A DNA stretch of 64,000 nt from positions 16,826 to 80,825 of the forward strand of contig CALXMQ010000005.1 of assembly GCA_944389515.1 (NCBI GenBank), read 5' to 3'. The notes below the pieces were generated by a model. That model saw only the letters and a list, made by a program, of their open reading frames with translations, was not told where the DNA came from and searched no databases. The stretch comes from an uncultured Alphaproteobacteria bacterium (GTDB lineage Bacteria; Pseudomonadota; Alphaproteobacteria; Rs-D84). The stretch's first letter is position 1, and each line of letters opens with the position of its first letter. Made by a program: the position numbers and the translations under genes. This document shows, piece by piece, positions 1 through 9,605 of the stretch.

Positions 1-2
1 TT

Positions 3-977
3 ATTGACGAAATCCACCGTTTTAATAAAACCCAGCAAGATACTTTATTACCATATCTCGAAGATGGCACTGTGGTATTCATGGGTGCAACAACTGAAAA
101 CCCCAGTTTTAATTTGAACAACGCATTGTTATCACGTTGTCATGTTGGTGTATTACAACCACTGTCGACCACAGATTTAATGACATTGATGACACGCGCA
201 GAAGATTTTTTGAACAAAAAATTACCATTGGATGATTCTGCCCGTATTCATTTGGCTCAAATGGCAGATGGCGACGCGCGTTTTTTATTAAACACGATTG
301 AATACCTGACCACGGCAAATTTCAAAAAGAAATTAAATCCAGACGCTTTGGATTCTGCAATTCAAAAACGTGCACCATTATCAGACAAATCTGGTGACGA
401 ACATTACAATTTAATATCCGCGGTGCATAAATCATTACGCGCCAGTGATACAGACGCGGCATTATATTGGACTGCCCGTATGATGACATCTGGCCAAGAT
501 CCAATGTACCTGTTTCGTCGTCTGACCCGATTTGCAATGGAAGATATCGGCCTGGCCGACCCAAACGCAATGCAAATTGCACTGGCTGCATGGCAAATAT
601 ATGAACGCATGGGCAGTCCCGAAGGCGACCTGGCATTGACTGAACTGGTAATATATCTGGGCACTGCACCAAAAAGTACCGCCAATTATCGTGCCCAAAC
701 TGCGGCATATCACGCCGCCCACGAAACAGGCAGTTTAATGCCCCCAAAAAATATTTTGAACGCCCCAACACGTATGATGCGCGATATGGGATATGGCGCT
801 GGATACATATACGAACCGGATACCGCATCTGGTTTTTCCGGACAAAATTGTTTTCCAGAATCTATGTCACGCCAAAAATTCTATCATCCTATTGAACGCG
901 GATTTGAACGTGAAATAAAAAAAAGATTAGATTATTGGGATAATCTGCGTGAAAAAATAAACGCGAAAAAGGTTTAA
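3..977 (+). CDS. rarA: Replication-associated recombination protein A (AAA+ ATPase), 5' truncated by window edge
   Basis: Frame open from nt 3: IDEIHRFNKTQQD (Walker B), GATTENPSF, ALLSRC, HYNLISAVHKSLR, EDIGLADP. Confidence 0.95.
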   Translation: MDEIHRFNKTQQDTLLPYLEDGTVVFMGATTENPSFNLNNALLSRCHVGVLQPLSTTDLMTLMTRAEDFLNKKLPLDDSARIHLAQMADGDARFLLNTIEYLTTANFKKKLNPDALDSAIQKRAPLSDKSGDEHYNLISAVHKSLRASDTDAALYWTARMMTSGQDPMYLFRRLTRFAMEDIGLADPNAMQIALAAWQIYERMGSPEGDLALTELVIYLGTAPKSTANYRAQTAAYHAAHETGSLMPPKNILNAPTRMMRDMGYGAGYIYEPDTASGFSGQNCFPESMSRQKFYHPIERGFEREIKKRLDYWDNLREKINAKKV

Positions 978-1939
978 CGCAACAACGCATTTTCCAACTG
1001 ACCCAACATGGCACGAACATTTTTCAAATTATCTGTCATGTATGCACGGCACCCAACATTTGCCCGATTTATCAGTCCTGTCAATGTGCGTCCTGGACCT
1101 AACTCATACGCAGATGTAATATTATATTCTGGAAATCTGTCCATTATATCAACCCAACGCACACCATGCGTCATCTGATCTGCCAACGCATCTTTAACAT
1201 CTATTGGATTTGACATAACACGTGCACTTTGATTCGAAAACCAGTTTGTTTTTGGTGCTTGAACATCAATAGATTCTAATCTGCGCCGCAACAGAATTTG
1301 GGCATTTTCCATCAACGCACAATGCGCTGGAACTGCAACATTTAACCGTTTTGCCAAACGCGCCCCTTTGTCCCGTGCACGCGCAATAACCGCATCCAAC
1401 GCGGCGTTTTGTCCACTGATAGTAAATTGGTCGTGCGCATTATGATTTGAAATTGCCACATATCCGTGCCCCGTGGCCGCCAACAAACAACGTTCTACGG
1501 TTTCTTTATCCAAACCAACGATACACGCCATGCCACCACCCATTTTGTCCGCCATCGACATATATGTTGAACGCGCAGACAATAATCGCGCCGCATCACC
1601 CAATGTTAAACTGCCTGCACAATGCAATGCAGAATATTGCCCCATTGAATGCCCAACGATTGCATATCCAATATTATACAATTCTGTGGCAAAATGTTCT
1701 TCGACCACACGTGCCACAGATACAGAATGCGCAAACGTTCCCAAAGATGTCAATTCCGGTTTATTCAACGCATCTGCCGGCCCATTAAAACAAACATCTG
1801 CGATATCTTTATGTGAAATATCAGAAACCTGTTCAAATGTATGACGTACGGCCGCATATTCATTAAATAAATCACGACCCATGCCAATATATTGAGAACC
1901 CTGACCCGGAAACACAAAAATAATTTTTTCACTTGCCAT
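974..1939 (-). CDS. fabD: Malonyl-CoA:ACP transacylase
   Basis: FPGQGSQYIGMG, GHSMG catalytic Ser motif, VAVPAHC, ELGPG. Confidence 0.93.
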   Translation of the reverse strand: MASEKIIFVFPGQGSQYIGMGRDLFNEYAAVRHTFEQVSDISHKDIADVCFNGPADALNKPELTSLGTFAHSVSVARVVEEHFATELYNIGYAIVGHSMGQYSALHCAGSLTLGDAARLLSARSTYMSMADKMGGGMACIVGLDKETVERCLLAATGHGYVAISNHNAHDQFTISGQNAALDAVIARARDKGARLAKRLNVAVPAHCALMENAQILLRRRLESIDVQAPKTNWFSNQSARVMSNPIDVKDALADQMTHGVRWVDIMDRFPEYNITSAYELGPGRTLTGLINRANVGCRAYMTDNLKNVRAMLGQLENALLR

Positions 1940-1974
1940 GTGTAATATTATCGCACCAAATTAAAAAATGTCAA
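1940..1974 (-). promoter_or_regulatory. Sigma70-type promoter of fabD, probably leaderless
   Basis: TTGACA (1974-1969), 16 nt, GATAAT (1952-1947), 7 nt, ATG; no SD. Confidence 0.6.
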
Positions 1975-1987
1975 CCAGACATCATAT

Positions 1988-2015
1988 AAAAAATCCCGTA
2001 TTCAAACGGGATTTT
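1988..2015 (-). terminator. Intrinsic terminator after the outer-membrane protein pair
   Basis: aaaatcccgt/acgggatttt inverted repeat with T tract on the minus strand. Confidence 0.7.
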
Positions 2016-2022
2016 ATTATAT

Positions 2023-2748
2023 TCAGAATAATATATTCACATTTACACCAACCTGCAAATCATCACTTTCGAATTCATAATCCAAATGTGCTGCATATTG
2101 GGTACGCCCATATTGACGTACAATTTTTCCACCCAACCACTCTTGGTTATAATGTGAATCTGTGGCCTTGCGTAATGTGAATTGTGCCCCTAAACGCCAA
2201 TCAGACGCGATACGAAAATATGCCTCTGGGGTTAAATCAATGTATGCCATGCCACGATTATCATCAAAAATCCAACTAGATTTAATTGTTGCTGCCAACG
2301 TCATACCAGCCCACTGACGTCCAAACCGATATCCTGCATAATACGTAGAATCCGCATAATCAGGCGTACGCACACGTGACGAACCACCAAATTTCAATCC
2401 GAACAAAACATCAGATATTATATGTGCACTGTTACTGGCCGCTGTTCCGACACGATACACACCGCCCAAATCCACGGCACCAAAACCATCTTCGGGACCA
2501 TTAAAATCTTGTTGAAAATTCGCATTGATTCCAATAGATAAACGGTCATTTATACCATACGAAATTGTTTCTTCTAAACGCAGAACATTATCCCAATACG
2601 TCAGTGCTGTTTCAGACAATACATTATTTGTACCCAACATATACAACGGGTCTGACGTATCAAAATCCAACCCATTTGCAAATGCATGCCCCGACATTGA
2701 CCCGACACAAACCAGCGCAACAAACAACCTTGCTAAAAATTTACGCAT
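2023..2748 (-). CDS. Putative outer-membrane beta-barrel protein
   Basis: Signal peptide MRKFLARLFVALVCVGSMSGHAFA, alternating beta pattern, C-terminal VGVNVNILF; start moved to the ATG behind an AGGGAGAG SD. Confidence 0.65.
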   Translation of the reverse strand: MRKFLARLFVALVCVGSMSGHAFANGLDFDTSDPLYMLGTNNVLSETALTYWDNVLRLEETISYGINDRLSIGINANFQQDFNGPEDGFGAVDLGGVYRVGTAASNSAHIISDVLFGLKFGGSSRVRTPDYADSTYYAGYRFGRQWAGMTLAATIKSSWIFDDNRGMAYIDLTPEAYFRIASDWRLGAQFTLRKATDSHYNQEWLGGKIVRQYGRTQYAAHLDYEFESDDLQVGVNVNILF

Positions 2749-2835
2749 CTCTCTCCCTTTCCCTTTGTATTTTTGCGACAAACAAATTCAGGTTCTGGTA
2801 ACAAAACACAGAACCCGAATCAAACATACATCAGA

Positions 2836-4062
2836 CTAGAACATAAATATTGCCTGCAAACCAACGGATGCTTCGGAATAATTATCCAGGTTTGCCGTAC
2901 CCATTCTAATCAACTGGTTATAATACGCACTTTCTGTGTTTGTATCTGTCTGCCAGAACGACAAATCTTTACCATTTGCAGAATCCCATACCGCCATTTT
3001 ACCGTACAGGTTTAATGCAAACCAATCATTTGGTTGCCACCCAATGGCAGCCTTCAAACTGGCCTGGTTATGCCAATCGTAATTTCCCAATACAGCTTCT
3101 AAATTCAATGTCCAATCTTCGTCCAGCACACTGAACACGCCGACGCCACCTTCTACAAAGAACGTATTATCGGCATCTGTATTATATGCCAAGAAAAATG
3201 TTGCATCGTCGCCTTCGGCTGTTTTACCAGTTACACCATTTCCATATGAATTGCCGTCAAAATTCAAATACCAACCACGAACCAATCCATATATGGTCGA
3301 AGAACTGATTTTATACCCAGCCTTGACATCTAAGATAACATTATTAGAAATATCTTGCTGATATTGATAATACGCAGACGCTGTTGCAATCCATTTTGTC
3401 GTATCAACAAAACGCCATTGTAATCCCAACCCCAGCAAATTTAATCCGTTATCATCCATTGAATCATCTGGCGTCTGGGGCAAAGACCAATCAAATTCAT
3501 AATTTGACATATCAAAACGCGCCATTGCCAAAACAGCCAATCTGTCAGTGATACCATAACTAAAATCTTCTTTGATTGAAAACTGCCCCATATTCCATGT
3601 TGCATTTGGATCAGAAATAGTAACACCGGTTGCTGGACTCAATGACAAATCATACGAATTCATATTATAAGACAAATCTGTCACCGAACCAAAGTTCCCC
3701 TTGATTGGTTGAAAGAACGGATGCGCCAAATAATATTTACGCTTTAATTCACTGCGATATGTTTCTGCACGTGTTGTGCGAACATTTGCACTGGATGTGC
3801 CACCACCATATTGTTTGTACAAATCACTGCGATTTGCCGGTTGTGTATAATAAATATTTTTTGCATCCGCCGAATCATAGGTTTTTGTAGATGTGCGTGT
3901 TGTATATTTTTCATAATTTACCTGGGTGCGTTCACGTACCGCCGGCGCCCCCGTTAAATCCGCGCTGGACGCAGCCCGTGTCCCAGAATTAGTCGCAGCA
4001 ACCGCCGGTACCGCCAACATAATCGCCGCCGCCAAACCAAACAAAGAAACATGCAATTTCAT
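2836..4062 (-). CDS. Putative outer-membrane beta-barrel protein with Thr/Arg-rich N-terminal extension
   Basis: Signal peptide, aromatic-rich beta strands, C-terminal VGLQAIFMF; AAGGAG SD. Confidence 0.65.
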   Translation of the reverse strand: MKLHVSLFGLAAAIMLAVPAVAATNSGTRAASSADLTGAPAVRERTQVNYEKYTTRTSTKTYDSADAKNIYYTQPANRSDLYKQYGGGTSSANVRTTRAETYRSELKRKYYLAHPFFQPIKGNFGSVTDLSYNMNSYDLSLSPATGVTISDPNATWNMGQFSIKEDFSYGITDRLAVLAMARFDMSNYEFDWSLPQTPDDSMDDNGLNLLGLGLQWRFVDTTKWIATASAYYQYQQDISNNVILDVKAGYKISSSTIYGLVRGWYLNFDGNSYGNGVTGKTAEGDDATFFLAYNTDADNTFFVEGGVGVFSVLDEDWTLNLEAVLGNYDWHNQASLKAAIGWQPNDWFALNLYGKMAVWDSANGKDLSFWQTDTNTESAYYNQLIRMGTANLDNYSEASVGLQAIFMF

Positions 4063-4125
4063 TATCAAATCTCCTTTTGGTACAAATTATATCATAAAAT
4101 CAGTATATAACAAAGCCCTAAAAGC

Positions 4126-4148
4126 AAAAATCCGCCCATTGGCGGATT
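4126..4148 (-). terminator. Intrinsic terminator after ftsK
   Basis: aatccgcc/ggcggatt hairpin followed by T tract on the minus strand. Confidence 0.65.
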
Positions 4149-4157
4149 GTTATTACA

Positions 4158-6398
4158 TTATAATATATGTCGTTTATTATTGGCATCTGGTGGACTGACG
4201 ATGCCTTCGGCCTCCATCCGTTCCATGAACCCAGCCGCCTTGTTATACCCAACCCCCAATCGACGTTGTATGTATGATATCGTTGGTTTTTTATCACGTA
4301 ATACATATTCTTTGGCCTGGGTGTACAGGTCTGCATCCTTGTCCGCCTTGGTTGGCGCCGCCCCCGGGATACCAGGAATAACACCAACACCGTCCCCGGT
4401 ATCACCATCTGTTACCCCTTCGGCATATTCAGGCGTTCCTTGTTCACGCAAGAAATCGCCCACCCTGTTCATTTCATCATCTGATATAAATGCCCCATGT
4501 ATACGTACCGGCACACGGCCAGCTTCGCTGAACAACATATCACCACAAGACAACAACTGTTCAGCGCCTTTTTCGCCCAACGTTGTCAAAGAATCAATCG
4601 CACTGCGTGCCTGGAACGATACACGCGTTGGGAAATTCGCCTTGATAACGCCGGTAATCACCGTGGTATCTGGACGCTGGGTTGCCATCACTAAATGTAT
4701 TCCAGCGGCACGTGCCTTTTGCGCAATGCGTTGAACACATGCTTCAACTTCTTTACGAGCCAAACTCATCAAATCTGCAACTTCGTCGATAATAATTACA
4801 ATATATGACATATCAGATAAATCAACTTCTTGGGTTTCAAATAACAATTCACCTGTTTCTTCATCTGTACCAACCGCCACCTGGCGCGTCAGTTTTTCAC
4901 CACTTTCGCGCTTTTTTGTAACAATTTCGTTATAGCTTTCTATATTACGCGCATTGACCAACTGTAACTGCTTGTACCTTTCTTCCATTTCACGCACAGC
5001 CCACTTTAACGCATTTACCGCCGCCGCCGCATCCAGTTTTACAATCGGTGTTATCAAATGTGGAATATCATCCCAGAAACCAAAATCAACCCCCTTTGGA
5101 TCGATAATCATCAATTTACATTTATCAGGCGTAAAATGATACACAATCGACATTATAATTGATTGCACAAACACAGATTTCCCAGACCCCGTGCGCCCAG
5201 CAATCAACATATGCGGCATTTTGGCCAAATCAAAATACATTGGATTTCCACCAATATCAACACCCAACGCCAATGGTATTTTATATTTAGAATTTATAAA
5301 TGTATCATTATCAACCAGTGATTGAAAACGCACCGTTTGTCGCGTTATATTTACCATTTCAACACCAATCAGTTGCGTATTTGGAATATGCGCAATACGA
5401 ATATTTTCTGTTGCCATTGCGCGCGTCATATCAGTCACAGTCTTTTTAATATCCACCATACGCACGCCACTTTCCGGCATAAATTCGTACAACGTCACAA
5501 TCGGTCCCGGTCGAATACCAACAACCTTGCCATGCACACCGTATTCTGCGAAATGCACCTCCATCGCTGCGGCATTACGCTTTAATTCTGGGGTTACAAC
5601 ATTTTTACCAAAATTAGACCGTTCTAAAAATGCTGGATCTGGCAATTCATATTCATGATTATCACCCACCACCACAGATTTAGCCACTGTTCGCCCTGTA
5701 CGCCGACGTGCGCGACGCACTGGCCGGGATACAGGCTCTTCTTCTACCGCCTCTTCTTCTAATTCATCTTCATCATCAGATTCAACTTCTTCATCTGAAT
5801 ATTGCGCCCCAGGCACCAAATGAAACACCGATAAAATCCACCGCACACCACGCCACATCATATGCGCGGCACTTTTTATATGTCCCCATTTAATATGCAA
5901 TAACATTGCCGCAAAAATAAAGAACACACCCAAACACAGTGCCCCAACCAGCATACCCCACACACCAATCCATCCACCCAAATCCGCAGCAGTAATATAT
6001 CCGATTGCCCCACCAAATGTTTCAGACGGCATCAACAAACCAAAACCAGCCGCCCCAACACATACTGCGACAAAACATTTTATAAAATTATATTCTGGTG
6101 ACGCATTTTCATCCCAATTTGCCAACCATGCCAATCCCCATCGCGCAACACATAAAATCAAGAACAATGCCGGGACAAATCCAACACCGTATCGAATAAA
6201 ACCAACAACCTGCCCCATTATTGATTGCGCGCCAAACGTACTGGCCACTGCAAACCCATCTAAATACGGATTAAAAAATACCAATGCATACATTGCCCAC
6301 AAGGCCAATGCCAACAACACCCCACCTGATATCCGCTTTACCAGGTTTTTCAATGCCACAGAAATACTATCCGGTAAAATTTTTGAATTCCTTGCCAT
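4158..6398 (-). CDS. ftsK: DNA translocase FtsK
   Basis: N-terminal TM segments, PHMLIAGRTGSGKS Walker A, IIIDEVADLM, ARAAGIHLVMATQRP, gamma domain IQRRLGVGYNKAA. Confidence 0.95.
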   Translation of the reverse strand: MARNSKILPDSISVALKNLVKRISGGVLLALALWAMYALVFFNPYLDGFAVASTFGAQSIMGQVVGFIRYGVGFVPALFLILCVARWGLAWLANWDENASPEYNFIKCFVAVCVGAAGFGLLMPSETFGGAIGYITAADLGGWIGVWGMLVGALCLGVFFIFAAMLLHIKWGHIKSAAHMMWRGVRWILSVFHLVPGAQYSDEEVESDDEDELEEEAVEEEPVSRPVRRARRRTGRTVAKSVVVGDNHEYELPDPAFLERSNFGKNVVTPELKRNAAAMEVHFAEYGVHGKVVGIRPGPIVTLYEFMPESGVRMVDIKKTVTDMTRAMATENIRIAHIPNTQLIGVEMVNITRQTVRFQSLVDNDTFINSKYKIPLALGVDIGGNPMYFDLAKMPHMLIAGRTGSGKSVFVQSIIMSIVYHFTPDKCKLMIIDPKGVDFGFWDDIPHLITPIVKLDAAAAVNALKWAVREMEERYKQLQLVNARNIESYNEIVTKKRESGEKLTRQVAVGTDEETGELLFETQEVDLSDMSYIVIIIDEVADLMSLARKEVEACVQRIAQKARAAGIHLVMATQRPDTTVITGVIKANFPTRVSFQARSAIDSLTTLGEKGAEQLLSCGDMLFSEAGRVPVRIHGAFISDDEMNRVGDFLREQGTPEYAEGVTDGDTGDGVGVIPGIPGAAPTKADKDADLYTQAKEYVLRDKKPTISYIQRRLGVGYNKAAGFMERMEAEGIVSPPDANNKRHIL

Positions 6399-6459
6399 GC
6401 CATGCATTTTATCACAAAAAAGACAAAAATGTTAGTGGCACGCAAAAATAAAATATTGA

Positions 6460-7158
6460 TTACTTTACCAAATCTGGCCCATAACGTTTTAACCCAGATT
6501 TGATTAAATCCGCAGATGCCATACCAATAAACGCCCCCAATATAACATCAGACGGCCAATGCGCCCCAAAACACACACGTGACACACCAATAATAATTGC
6601 CAATGTCCACGTAAACCATTTAATTTTTGGTGCCAATAATCCCAGCATTACCAGTCCCGCAAACGACGCAAATGTATGTCCAGACGGCATAGAATTAAAC
6701 GCCCAATCTGTTGAAAATGGCACAAAGCCAGTTTTATCCAACGCTTCAAAGAATACCGGCCGCATACGTCCAATTACTATTTTCAACAACTTACCTACAA
6801 CACTGGCGGCAACCACAGAACACAAAACAAAGAACGCATAACTGTTACGTGTTTTATTTATAAAATCTTTGATAAAAACAACCAGACTAAATTTATTTTC
6901 ACTGTTTTTGAATTGCGGCCGTGATTTTATAATCTTTTTAATATAAAACACCAACAACACGATTGCCGACACAATTATCCACATTTTTGCATCAAACAAT
7001 ACATTAAACACACGCCACACGCCACAATCAAACTGACGCAAGAATAAATACAGTGGCTTATCAAACCATACAATCCCCATTAAAACAGCCAACACTGTGA
7101 TGGCGGCACCCCATCCCATCCAATTCCACTTTATTTTATTATCATGTGTCAAAAACAT
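6460..7158 (-). CDS. PAP2-family membrane phosphatase (lipid A or undecaprenyl-pyrophosphate phosphatase type)
   Basis: KxxxGRxRP, PSGH and SRVCFGAHWPSDV motifs; several TM helices. Confidence 0.85.
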   Translation of the reverse strand: MFLTHDNKIKWNWMGWGAAITVLAVLMGIVWFDKPLYLFLRQFDCGVWRVFNVLFDAKMWIIVSAIVLLVFYIKKIIKSRPQFKNSENKFSLVVFIKDFINKTRNSYAFFVLCSVVAASVVGKLLKIVIGRMRPVFFEALDKTGFVPFSTDWAFNSMPSGHTFASFAGLVMLGLLAPKIKWFTWTLAIIIGVSRVCFGAHWPSDVILGAFIGMASADLIKSGLKRYGPDLVK

Positions 7159-7178
7159 ATTTTCCCCGTTTATAAATA

Positions 7179-8684
7179 TTATTCTGTAATCAATTTATTA
7201 TATACTTTGCTGTCAGTCAAAATTTTAACCGCCACCGCCGCAGAAATCGCATCTTCGTCTGCGCCACTGGTAATTACCGGGCATCCACGCCGAATCGCAT
7301 CTACATCTGCATCAGGGTCTTGGTTAAAATCTTTGGCATTAAAATTATTATTTATAACGTTCAAGAAAAATGCATTTTGCTGATTTGACGACCGTATATT
7401 CGACAAACAAACAATCGGGAAAATTCCACGTCCATCAATGGTACGCCCTGTACCTGTTTTAACAGATTTATTCAACAATTCTAATGCGCCACCATTTTCC
7501 AGATTTATCCGCGTAGCGATTCGTGCACTGCCTGCGGTTGGTGTTCCAACCAACACACCACGTCCATATTCATAAAAAGCCGCAACCACTGCTTCGGCAG
7601 TACCACGTGTCATATTTGACATCAACACAACAACAGGTGCATTTGTCACTGCATTTCCACCGGGTATAACTTCTACTTCATCTTTGGCTGTTTCTACGAT
7701 TCGCATAACAGGTTTTTGGCCAATAAATAAACCTGCAAATTTTGCCGCCGCACGTTCATCATCACCAGTTGCCGCCCGTAAATCCAAAATAATTCCAGAA
7801 ACATCAGTATATTTTGCCAACGCTTCGTTTACAATCGCCGCGGCATTATCAGAAATTCTGTGCACAACTATTTCCAATATACCGCCAGTATCCGGGTCAG
7901 AACGATGCACAACATCCGCATCCGCCAAAATAATTGTTGCGCGCCGTAATACAACATCATGTTCCCCAGTTGGCGTCAATAACTTTATTTTTGATGTCCC
8001 AGAATTAAATCCAGACATAACCGCCGACAAATCATCATCTGATAAATTCGCAACATTTTCACCATTTACCGCAACAATTAAATCACCTTCGCGTATCCCA
8101 GATATATCAGCCGGTGAATCTTTATACACACCATGAACACGCCAATTACCACGCGCATCACGTGCACCTTCTAATCCAACACTGGTTAAAATTCGTCCAT
8201 CTTCGGTAATTTCTGCCACGCGTGAATAAATATACCGTCCGTTTTCATCAATTCCACGCATCAACGCATCAACCACCAACTGGTACATTTCGCTGGTTGT
8301 TGCATTATGCAATGCCGAATCATTTGCCCGTAACTTTAATACCAACGCGGTTGTAATTTCACCAAATCCGTTCCAATCCCCCGGCTTTGGTCGTGGATAA
8401 TTTGCAATAATAGAATCCCCCCACACCAAAACAACACGTTCATCAGTTGCAGCAATATGTGCATTTGAATTCAGTTTTTCTAAACTTTCAATCGCAACAT
8501 TGATATTTTTACCAGCCCATTTAACATCATCTAATTTCTTGTATATATCTGCAAATGTTGCCGATACATCAAACACATTTAACCCGTCTTGGATTGGTTC
8601 ATCTTCAAAAAACAAACTGTCTGCATGGCACGGCATAACCCCCAGGGATAAAAACAGCAATAAAAATAATTTTGTTATTCTCAT
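7179..8684 (-). CDS. S41 (CtpA/Prc) C-terminal protease homologue with PDZ domain, catalytic residues apparently lost
   Basis: Signal peptide, PDZ (SPADISGIREGDLIVAVNG), IILDLR, TRGTAE and GTPTAGS aligning with SASASE and GEPTFGK, GRTIDGRGIFP. Confidence 0.8.
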   Translation of the reverse strand: MRITKLFLLLFLSLGVMPCHADSLFFEDEPIQDGLNVFDVSATFADIYKKLDDVKWAGKNINVAIESLEKLNSNAHIAATDERVVLVWGDSIIANYPRPKPGDWNGFGEITTALVLKLRANDSALHNATTSEMYQLVVDALMRGIDENGRYIYSRVAEITEDGRILTSVGLEGARDARGNWRVHGVYKDSPADISGIREGDLIVAVNGENVANLSDDDLSAVMSGFNSGTSKIKLLTPTGEHDVVLRRATIILADADVVHRSDPDTGGILEIVVHRISDNAAAIVNEALAKYTDVSGIILDLRAATGDDERAAAKFAGLFIGQKPVMRIVETAKDEVEVIPGGNAVTNAPVVVLMSNMTRGTAEAVVAAFYEYGRGVLVGTPTAGSARIATRINLENGGALELLNKSVKTGTGRTIDGRGIFPIVCLSNIRSSNQQNAFFLNVINNNFNAKDFNQDPDADVDAIRRGCPVITSGADEDAISAAVAVKILTDSKVYNKLITE

Positions 8685-8727
8685 TTTACTATTCCCCCTC
8701 TCCCCCTAAGGTTTGCCAACACCAATC

Positions 8728-9594
8728 TTATTTTGTTTCATCACGCAAGTTAAAGTGATACAAAATAACGTTTGAAATATAAATACTGGTAAACGTTCCC
8801 ATAACAACTGCGAACGTCATTGCGATTGAAAAATCACGCAACGCCGGTCCACCGAACAAGAACAACGCAACCATTGCCAATATCGTAGAAACCCCTGTCA
8901 TAATGGTTCTGCGCATCATTTCATTTACGGACAAATCGATTAAATCGTCCATTGGCATTTTGTGATATTTTTTAATATTTTCTTCGATTCGGTCATAATT
9001 TACCACTTTATCATTGATAGAATATCCAACCCCCATCAATATAACCGCAATCGCAGTTTGATTGAATTCCAAACCTGTAATAGAAAAGAATCCGAACATA
9101 ATCACAAAATCCAAACACAGTGATATAAAAGACCCGATTGCATATCCACCACGATAACGTACCCAAACATATACAGACATCAATATAAATGAAAACAATA
9201 TTGCTAAAATACCCCCACGTACCAATTCATCACCAATTTTTGGTCCAACGATTTGCACCTGGGAATATTCAACATTATTACCTAATATATCTTTGATTTC
9301 TGTCACGCGTGCATTTTGTTCTGCATCTGTTGCCCCTTTGGGTAATCCAACACGCACCAAAATTGCGCCATTATCACCCACAGATTGCAATTCCGGATTA
9401 AATTCTTCTAAATCTGCGCGCATTTTATCAATGGTATAATCTGCAACAACCGGGGTAACTTCCATAGAAATACCACCAGCAAAATCAATACCATAATTTA
9501 ATCCACGAAACACCAAGGACAACACCGACAGCAAAATAAACGCCCCAGCAATCCAATACGATAATTTGCGATATTTCATAAATCTCAGTTTCAT
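8728..9594 (-). CDS. secF: Protein translocase subunit SecF
   Basis: GLNYGIDFAGG, VGPKIGDEL, GYSINDKVVNYDRIEE. Confidence 0.95.
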   Translation of the reverse strand: MKLRFMKYRKLSYWIAGAFILLSVLSLVFRGLNYGIDFAGGISMEVTPVVADYTIDKMRADLEEFNPELQSVGDNGAILVRVGLPKGATDAEQNARVTEIKDILGNNVEYSQVQIVGPKIGDELVRGGILAILFSFILMSVYVWVRYRGGYAIGSFISLCLDFVIMFGFFSITGLEFNQTAIAVILMGVGYSINDKVVNYDRIEENIKKYHKMPMDDLIDLSVNEMMRRTIMTGVSTILAMVALFLFGGPALRDFSIAMTFAVVMGTFTSIYISNVILYHFNLRDETK

Positions 9595-9605
9595 CTGAAC
9601 GCCCC

